Shown here in pieces: positions 56,195 to 64,000 of a stretch of 64,000 bases of DNA. This DNA comes from Epithemia pelagica (taxonomy: Eukaryota; Protista; Bacillariophyta). The notes under the pieces are model-generated. The model saw only the letters and a program-made list of their open reading frames with translations, was not told where the DNA came from and ran no database searches. The DNA is taken from the NCBI GenBank assembly GCA_946965045.2, contig OX337236.1, positions 1,364,001 to 1,428,000 on the forward strand, read 5' to 3'. Numbering within the stretch: the first letter of the stretch is position 1; each line of letters starts with the position of its first letter. The position numbers and the translations under genes were made by a program.

Positions 56195-57658
56195 TCAAAT
56201 TACTCCCCACGCACGGTCAAATTCATCCGTGGCTTCATCTCCTTCAGGGAGTGTTCGGGCCCCAACATTGTACAAAAAGGCTTCTCGCCATTGAGTTTCA
56301 TTCGACACCACCATAAAGGAATCGTCCCGCAGGGGCAGCATGGGATCGTATTCTGAACCAGCAAGTCCGAGCGACTGTGCCTCCCCTGAGGAAATGCTGT
56401 GGAACAGCGATCCATCGATGGATGCATGCAACATGAGTTCCGCATCCGAAACCGTGTAATCGTCATCTTCAATGTCATTGTCTTGATGATCGTTGCCCAC
56501 AAAATCCAGTTCATCCACCATAATATCCAACCATACATTGCCATGAGCAGTCCGTCGCAAGACTCTCTCTCGAGGTGTTGGTGACACGGGACGAGGGATT
56601 CGTGTTGGAAGATTGAAACTGGCAAATAAACCCCAGCACGATTCCATGACAAAGCCCCAATTGCCAGTGGGTGATCGTCGGACGGCATAGGTTGGAACAT
56701 CTTGACCGCCGACTGTAATTCGGATATAACTTCCCATGGGACGATCCGGCATGTCCATAGGACGTGCGACAAATCTCCAAGCCATGGTAACAGGTGGATC
56801 GACTACTTGGTTGTTCTCCCGTGGCAAGGGGCCGTTGGCATGGTTTTCATTTTGTGGTCGATTGTCTTCTAAAACGGGCGCATAGTGTTGTGGATGACCA
56901 TGCATGGCGATTCGTGTTGTGGGAAGAGAGGTACCAAACCGCGGGGCAGAGAGTGTGGAGGAGTCTGGACAAAATTGTTTGACCGTACCATCTCGTAGAA
57001 ACACCATTTGGCGACAAGGTTCGCCATTGTACCAAGGATCGACCAGTGTCCATTCGCTTCCAGCGCTTTCCTTGAATCGGAAACTCCATACCGTGCCCTG
57101 TTTCCTGACCGGATCGTAACATAATTCCTTAACTGTTACAGACTGACGATCTCGCGCATCTTGCATACTTTTCTTATAGGCCTGGATCATGGTGTATCTC
57201 CCACTTGGAGTGATGGAGGAGGAGGAGAGTTTGAGCGCTTCTTCCGAAACGTGAATCTTAGTATCCCATAAATTCCGGCAAAGTTGGTCCCATCCAGCTT
57301 CGTTTCTTGAGCACATTTCTCGATACTTGCGACTCACACACTGCATCTGCAGCAAAGACCGAGCATCGAGGAAGCTCGTTATATGGAAGACAAGGTCATC
57401 TGGTAGCTGAGCAAGAGCCAGGGCAGGTACGACAGGCTTCCGTTGCTGTAAGAGCTTCGCCCAACATTTTCTTTGACTCGGAGTTAGCGCGTAAGACCAA
57501 GAGAGGGCATCGGCGTCACAATCGCCGTGACTCCCGTCGTCCTTGGTCTTGTCGTGGGCGTCCTCTTCTGCGAAAACCATTTGAAGGAGTTCCTTGTCTG
57601 GAAGCACTTTGCCTCGCTTGAATGGCGGTTGAAAGCAGTAGTCTTCCATAGTGACCAC
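56195..57658 (-). CDS. F-box domain protein
   Basis: LAQLPDDLVFHITSFLDARSLLQMQCVSRKYREMC F-box within a 487-aa ORF. Confidence 0.88.
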   Translation of the reverse strand: MVTMEDYCFQPPFKRGKVLPDKELLQMVFAEEDAHDKTKDDGSHGDCDADALSWSYALTPSQRKCWAKLLQQRKPVVPALALAQLPDDLVFHITSFLDARSLLQMQCVSRKYREMCSRNEAGWDQLCRNLWDTKIHVSEEALKLSSSSITPSGRYTMIQAYKKSMQDARDRQSVTVKELCYDPVRKQGTVWSFRFKESAGSEWTLVDPWYNGEPCRQMVFLRDGTVKQFCPDSSTLSAPRFGTSLPTTRIAMHGHPQHYAPVLEDNRPQNENHANGPLPRENNQVVDPPVTMAWRFVARPMDMPDRPMGSYIRITVGGQDVPTYAVRRSPTGNWGFVMESCWGLFASFNLPTRIPRPVSPTPRERVLRRTAHGNVWLDIMVDELDFVGNDHQDNDIEDDDYTVSDAELMLHASIDGSLFHSISSGEAQSLGLAGSEYDPMLPLRDDSFMVVSNETQWREAFLYNVGARTLPEGDEATDEFDRAWGVI

Positions 57659-60317
57659 TTTGATCTCTGTTTTCGATATCGTGCCTGTTCCCAGAAATGG
57701 ATGTCAAGAATGCGCAAGAAACAGCCAGCATCTCTCTTTCGTGTTTGCCTTGGATGCAAGAAACGCCCAAACTCGACAAAAGAGAAAGTGACGAGAAAAC
57801 CAAAAAACAAAATGTGCCAAGGAACACGTACATCACATTGGAAACATGAGAGCCCTTGTTAAGCCCCTCACTTTTTCGACCTTATCACGAAAGTATACTC
57901 TTCCGAATTCTCAAAGCCGCTCTTTCGTCTTTGTCTCGAGTCTTTTCGCCGTATTGAACTTGAACTCAGCTACTTTTAAACATTACTCCTAAACAATAAG
58001 GGATAAGCTACTCGTACTCCTAGGAGTAGCTAGTAGGAGTATGATGATGTAGTACTCGTAGCTCGATTGTCGATGGTACGCCTACAAGCCACCATTAAAT
58101 CGAATACATCCGTTATTGCCCGTATCTATTGTACTCACTGCCTCTCTTGTTCCCCATTCCCCATTCCCGATCAGAACGCTATTGTAGATTAGGTATTGTA
58201 TGGGGAATGGGGAAGCTCTCTCTAAGCCGAGTAGCACGAGAGCTCGTAAGGATAGCGAGAGTAGAAAAATGGTCTCACTATCTCTACTCTACTATTTAGA
58301 TTACAAGCTCTACTAGCTAGCAGAGGTATTGGCTTTCAGCTATACTGAGTTATCACATGAATACTACTACCTGACAACTAGTTAAAAATAGTGAAAGAAT
58401 AGATCGAGTCAAATATGCCTCTAATACTTCTACTCACTATCTACTCCGATTTTAGAGGTATTGCTAGTAGCTCTAGCAAAACCGTCCCCTCTACTCATCT
58501 TGATCATGAGTACTTCTCCTAACTACCAGGTGGCACGTGGCACTTGGCAATACGCGGAAGACCTACTTTTGTCTTTTTTTGTGATGCTCTACTACCTCTC
58601 TGTCTACTCTTTTAGGAGACAATAAAGATTATTCCTATTAGAGAATAGAAACAGCAAAGAGTGTGAAGACTATTTTAGGAGTTTCGGTCTAAGACTGGGA
58701 AGTGTTCTACTTCTCGCTCGCTGCACAGGAATGGCTGAAAGTTGGAATTTTCCGGTGAGACGCTGCAGTCATTACAATCTAACCCGGAAATTAGTGGGGG
58801 AATGGCCGACCTCGACCTCCGACTTCTCCGGCTTCCGGGTCCTCGACTAATATTCTTAATTTAACAAAATGAATTGTACAATAGAGGAGTTGGTAGTTCT
58901 GATTTCTGGCCCTGGTAGGATTACAGAATAGCCTCTACGATAAAAACCATAGAATGAACCAAGCGACCCCAAACCCCAAAGCCCAAAGACGAAAGACGAT
59001 CTTCGATCTCCTTCCCGAGTTCCAAGTGATCTATTGGAATAATTATGTTGCGATAAAAGAAAAGTATACTCATTACTCTAGAGTACCAGTGTCCCAGTTC
59101 CCAAGCAACAAACAATGCCCTCGCCTCTAACCAACGACCAACGAATCGAGGATATTCGACAGATACCTCATACAAGAGCTAGAGTGCCTCTAGGACCTCA
59201 CAATTCACGGGACTAGAAACTAGGTAGCTACCGGGGAGAGGTCCAATAATTATTGGGAGGATATTTCCAGTCGTTGCAATTTGCAATCAACGATTGATGT
59301 TTTCCTCATTCTTCCTCCCACCACCGGGGAATTTAGGCTTGTGGTGGGCAGTGGGCAGTTCTATTTGGAAGAGCCACTCACCACTCAGTCTCAGTCAGTC
59401 TTCCTGAGTTTTACGCCTCTCCCTCTCCGTAGGTTGAGAGTTGAGAGGAGAAGAGAGAAGAGGCCATCCACGTCTATGGCCTACCTTCCTATTCGTGTGA
59501 CGATAAATGCTCAATCCTCATGTTCGACGTTCGACCATGTGCGATGTTCCACCTTGTGTGTCGCTTTTGTCTCTTCCCAGTTCTCAGCCTCCGTCAAATC
59601 CGAACTAAAGCGGTGACTGAAAGGGAATGGGACCGGAAGGGTAGAAAAAACAATTACTCCTATATGCGCTATGAAGTTCATGAGGGGACTATGCAATGCG
59701 AACGCACTCCTTTTTTGCTTCCCCATACCCCGTACCCCATACATTAGGGATTTGAAATAGGGATAGTGACTGGTATGTAGAGCTTCTCTCTAGGAGCTGG
59801 CTAGGGAGGCTTGAAAGCGAATAGGTATAGGGTCTAGGAGGCAGGCGGTAAAACATGCCACAACAAGACAGGAGGGTGAGCGTGGGCGAAACCGCATGAA
59901 TCCACTAGGATGATGACATAAAACAAAAATTACGAGCCCTTTTACCGAAGGTTTCTTCTTTATCTCACGATAGAGGATAGAGAACTGGAGTTCATCTCAT
60001 ATAACACTTCTTAGAAGAGAGTGGTCCCATTATTTCTAGGTAGAAGGATGATTCTTCCAATTTCCTGCTCCTTCTTCTCGCTAACCTACTGTGGAAGCAT
60101 GGGTAGCTTGTAGCTTTCTCCGCGATAGACTGACAGAGAAGCTACGGGAAAAACGAGATGTGCATGGTTATCCAAGGGCATCCCTAAGGAGTCGCTATGT
60201 GACTCCATCGTCCTCTAGTCTACAGCTTTGCGGCCTCATCCCAATTCCACCGAGAAGACCAAGAGCTCTTAGAGAATCAATTGAATGTAGAAACTAGTAG
60301 TCATTGTTATATGGTAC

Positions 60318-61793
60318 CTAATTATCAAAGTCGTCAAAGTCGCTCACTGCTGTTGCTGTCTCCATGTTTCGATCCTGGTTCCCGACGACTGCAGTTCCCT
60401 CACCAAAGTGCTTCTGATAGAGCTGGACCGTCTTTTTCACATATTCTCGTGCAGCGTTTGCGTGAGTGGTGACTCCTGGAGAGTTCAAGTCCTTGTTCGC
60501 CTCATCCAGACATTTTTCGGTGCTGAGTACAGCTTGCCGAGCCATCTCCATGCAAGAACGTGCATGCCCAGTGAATTTTGTGTGAATGTCGTTTGACATT
60601 TCTTGGGCTGCCCGAGCATGTGTCTCCGCCTCAGCCTTGGCTTGTTCCAAAGCATGCTTCTTGAGTTCTACAGATGCACGGAGAAACTCGACACCTTTCT
60701 TGCAACTTTCGGCATACTGCTCGGCCGAGAGCATCTGCTTCACGGCCTCGGTGTGCGCAGATTGCACCTCTTCGAGGCGAGTCTTCAGCATCTCATTCTC
60801 TTGCATGAGATCGTTGGCTGCAATTGTGGTTGATGTAGCGTTTGTAGTGCGCGTACGCTTTGGTCGCTGATTGTTTGCGTTGTTGTTGCTTTCGTTTGCA
60901 TCCTCCATTAGCTCATCTGTATCCTGCTGACTCGCCCATCCTCCGTTGCTCCGACAAACAAATGTGTAGTGGTCTGGCCCCACAGGCTTACGGAAGATGT
61001 TGCGTTGTCCTTCACACTCCAACAGAAGAGCGCCACACCAGTATCCGTGGCTCTTCAGCGTCACACGATCTCCCTCCAGGCCCATCAAATCAAAGGAGTT
61101 CCCAACTGGGATCGGGTTGAGCTGACAAGGGGCACTGAGGTTGATTGTCATGCTTGGCCGCATATCCTCCCCGGGCACGTTCGACCGCTTCTTCCATTTG
61201 TCCATCTGAACGACCAGATTGGAGACAACAGGCACAGTCTGGAAGGGGTAGGTCTTCATCTCTTCAGCATTGCGGGGAGGCCCAATAGCTGTGTGGCCAT
61301 ACCGGTGAAGCTGGGCGAGGAACTTGACAGGAACAAACTGTGCCACACTTGTTGTTGCCTTTGGCCACTTCAGAGTAAGTTGGATCTCTGAGTTCTTCGT
61401 AATAGAGGGGGCGACTGCCTTTGCCTCCACCCCCGAAAGCAGATTCACTGCGACCGAGAGTCGCTTCTGCCCATCATGGGCTTTCCAAGATGAAAAGATC
61501 ACTGGAAACGGGGATACTGGCCCATCAACCAAAGCCACCATTTTTTGGGGGGCTATCGACATCTTCTTCATTTTTTTGTCTAGGAAAGCATCACGATTGG
61601 GGGCACTGTCACCCAGGACAACGTAGCCATCCCCTCCTCCCTCACCTTTCCTCATGCCAGCACCACCTGTGCTTCCAAAGACCTGCTCCGCATAGCCGTC
61701 TTGTTGTTCCGCCCCGTCGTCTTCTTCCTCATTTTCGTCATAGCTCTCATCGTCGTCTGACTCCTCCACATTGTCACGAAAGGACGAAAACAT
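60318..61793 (-). CDS. Unknown protein (about 491 aa: acidic N-terminus, beta-rich middle, C-terminal coiled coil); candidate second ORF of the PHIS transposon
   Basis: Intact ORF 60318-62141, likely ATG at 61793 (CAACATG context), divergent from the transposase. Confidence 0.75.
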   Translation of the reverse strand: MFSSFRDNVEESDDDESYDENEEEDDGAEQQDGYAEQVFGSTGGAGMRKGEGGGDGYVVLGDSAPNRDAFLDKKMKKMSIAPQKMVALVDGPVSPFPVIFSSWKAHDGQKRLSVAVNLLSGVEAKAVAPSITKNSEIQLTLKWPKATTSVAQFVPVKFLAQLHRYGHTAIGPPRNAEEMKTYPFQTVPVVSNLVVQMDKWKKRSNVPGEDMRPSMTINLSAPCQLNPIPVGNSFDLMGLEGDRVTLKSHGYWCGALLLECEGQRNIFRKPVGPDHYTFVCRSNGGWASQQDTDELMEDANESNNNANNQRPKRTRTTNATSTTIAANDLMQENEMLKTRLEEVQSAHTEAVKQMLSAEQYAESCKKGVEFLRASVELKKHALEQAKAEAETHARAAQEMSNDIHTKFTGHARSCMEMARQAVLSTEKCLDEANKDLNSPGVTTHANAAREYVKKTVQLYQKHFGEGTAVVGNQDRNMETATAVSDFDDFDN

Positions 61794-62652
61794 GTTGACT
61801 GGCACAACTGAAACAACAATGATGTGAGAAAGCTGCATGCAACTCAAAACACCAACAATCAAACACACCTGTGACAGGATTCGCAACAAGAGGAGGAGGA
61901 GGAGCATCAACTCCAAGAGCAGCAGTCCTCTCTCGTTCACGAGTGGTCTTCCATTTGGTTGTGAGTTCCTCACAACAAGCACGACGATAAAGGGTGGAAA
62001 ATGATTCAAAATCGACTCCAAATCCCCCATTCTCATGAAACAAGTATTCAACATGGGCTTTGGAACACAAGTTAGGATCCCAAAGCCCATTGTCAAACCT
62101 CTGACGCATTGTTTCAAAGACTTCTTGAAAACGCAGTTCACTTACAAAGAAGAAACCCAACAATCAGCAAGAAATGAGCTTCGGACGAGACAAAGCGTTT
62201 GATTGATGGATAGTAGCCGTGCGAAAGGTAGAGGCGCAATGGCCGAATGGAAAACACAAGATGAGACAAAATGAGATGCCGCCACCATTTTTGTTGCAAA
62301 GTGTGTTCGCTCCACACAACCACACAGTAGTTTCTTCATCTCAATCACCCCGCTTGGTCGTGTCTAGTCGTAGGTGTATAAAGCGTCGAGACTTAAGCCT
62401 TAGAATTGAAAATTTGTATGTGAACACCACGTCAACGGACGTCGGAGTATATCGCAAGAGGCATAAAACGAAGCCATCCCAAGGCAATATTTGTATTTTA
62501 TATATATTCTAGAAAGATCCCGGATGGGCCGGATTTGTACTATACTATTTGGATTACTCGTATGTGTCACTTTATGGTTCTAAAGTAGTGCGTATTATTG
62601 TACATGGGTCTCTGCCGGCGCTCTCGCACCTCCATGGCAAAACTATGAAACG

Positions 62653-63016
62653 ATGGGAATGGTGGATATCCATGATGTCCATGGGTATCCACCATTCCCA
62701 TTATTCCGACGCCATTTCTCGAGCTGTGGAGCTTTTCACTCAGAGCCATACCAGCATCCATTAGACCTCAATGCACCCTAAACATCGCCCAAGAGACATA
62801 TGGGATTGGGGCATTGTGGCTCTCAGGATATGCTTGGGAAAGTCGTGAAATCATCAAAAAAGCGTTGATATCCACACTTTCCCAAGCATATCCTGAGAGC
62901 CACGATGCCCCAATCCCATATGTTTCATGGGGGATCTTGAGGGTCCATTGGGGTCTAACAGATCCTGGTGTGGTTTTGTCTGAGGTCCTTCAAGGCCTGA
63001 GAAAATGGCGTCGGAA
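62653..63016. repeat. Nested inverted repeats / fold-back structure
   Basis: 22-bp stem 62653-62674/62680-62701. 48-bp stem 62796-62843/62876-62923 with 1 mismatch and a 32-nt loop. Outer arms 62761-62779/62940-62959 and 62704-62717/63003-63016 lie on the same axis (about 62860). Confidence 0.93.
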
Positions 63017-63243
63017 AATTTGACTTGTTGGGATTCCCAGTTTCCACAGGAAATCTGTGATTTTGTGAGTATCGTGGGTATCCATGGATATCCATCGGGT
63101 GTACAGAATACTGATGTACACTACTTACGTATTCATAAGTTCTACTGTAGGTACTCTAAGTAGTGTGTCTTACCTCATCAACGATATCACGATTCGTCTT
63201 CAGCCTCACACACAATTCTCCCAACAATCCAACAAAAACGACG

Positions 63244-64000
63244 ATGAACGCCATTGCTCCAGAGCTGTTTCAGGAACTGGGAGCAAGCATCTTGCGCAAG
63301 AGAATCTCCGAGACGGAGACCTTTCGGCGTCTCTGGGCCAACAAGTTTGGGGCCTCGCCATCCATGTGCAGCATCCTATGGGTTCGTTTGGAGGATGAAC
63401 GAGAGCATGAGATGCCAAACAATCCACAACCCAAGCATCTTTTGTGGGCTCTCATGCTTCTTCGGACCTACGCAGATGAGCCTGATATGGCTAAGGATGC
63501 TGGAGGGGAGGATGGTGGAAGAGTGGACCCCAAGACATTTCGGAAGTGGAGCTGGCATTTTGTCCGTGGGCTTTCGTTTCTCGAACCGCTTGTAATTCGC
63601 TGGGAAAATCGATTCAACAATGACATCTACAACGATTCTACAGTTTCTGTGGATGGAACAGACACGAGGGTTCCCAGTTATCGGCCCTTTTGGAAGGGTT
63701 GGTTTTCGCACAAGTTCAACGGCCCTGGAACTCGTTGGGAGATTGGCCTGTCCATCCGCAGCCGTGACATTGTGTGGGTGCATGGACCCTTCCCTTGCGG
63801 GCGTTGGCCAGATCTTAAAATTTTCCGCCACGCAATGAAGTCTTTCCTACATGACAACGAGAAGGCAGAAGCGGATGATGGATATGTGGGCGAACCTACA
63901 AAAATTCTCACGCCCGAAGTGAACTCGCGGACAGCAGCGGACGTGGAGCTACGACAGTGCGTCCGCAACAGACATGAAACAATCAACAGGCGCCTAAAGG
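63244..64000 (+). mobile_element. PIF/Harbinger-type (PHIS, DDE_Tnp_4-like) transposase ORF, open at the window end
   Basis: Own translation from ATG 63244 has no stop up to 64000 (hence absent from the ORF track). It contains DPKTFRKW, VSVDGTD, WFSHKFNGPG, GPFPCGRWPDLKIFR, ADDGYVG and RHETINRRLK, giving a D-D-E triad. Confidence 0.9.

Noticed and set aside
60170-60210. Candidate left TIR of the Harbinger-type element (GGGCATCCCTAAG)
   Set aside because: Cannot be paired because the other end is outside the window, and no clear TWA target site is present.
61794-62141. Hydrophobic N-terminal 116 aa of the 607-aa ORF as a TM region
   Set aside because: Begins at a non-ATG codon and looks like CT-rich 5' UTR sequence; ATG 61793 has a better start context.

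Overview
Gene-dense eukaryotic nuclear DNA, most likely from a pennate diatom. This is an inference from the short GT-AG introns (65-120 nt), ASAF-type bipartite plastid signals, a fucoxanthin-chlorophyll LHC gene and a receptor guanylate-cyclase/PDE fusion. The left end is a 193-bp tandem satellite (about 6.4 copies, truncated by the window) followed by about 1.9 kb of non-coding DNA that is partly low-GC and TpA-rich. The centre holds about 22 genes: GC/PDE receptor, GFAT with a 93-aa presequence, WD40-TRP-like channel fusion, TPR-PDZ protein, a tandem pair of double-NTF2/SnoaL-like genes, MYND protein, plastid PDZ protein, Lhcr-type LHC with a (KAAPVM)10 repeat and a 12-nt microexon, DAO-family oxidoreductase, an LRR relic, ankyrin proteins, CCCH protein, PA200/Blm10, an ankyrin-FYVE-like-R-SNARE protein, PPCDC and an F-box protein. 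A 940-bp hAT deletion derivative with perfect TIRs and TSD lies between two divergent genes. The right end holds a PIF/Harbinger-type (PHIS) DDE transposase that runs off the window, a divergent ORF of unknown function, and a nested fold-back between them. Two single-base frameshifts in otherwise intact genes look like consensus errors. No rRNA, tRNA or CRISPR array was recognised. All family assignments come from motif recognition by eye, with no database searches, and all counts are hand counts.
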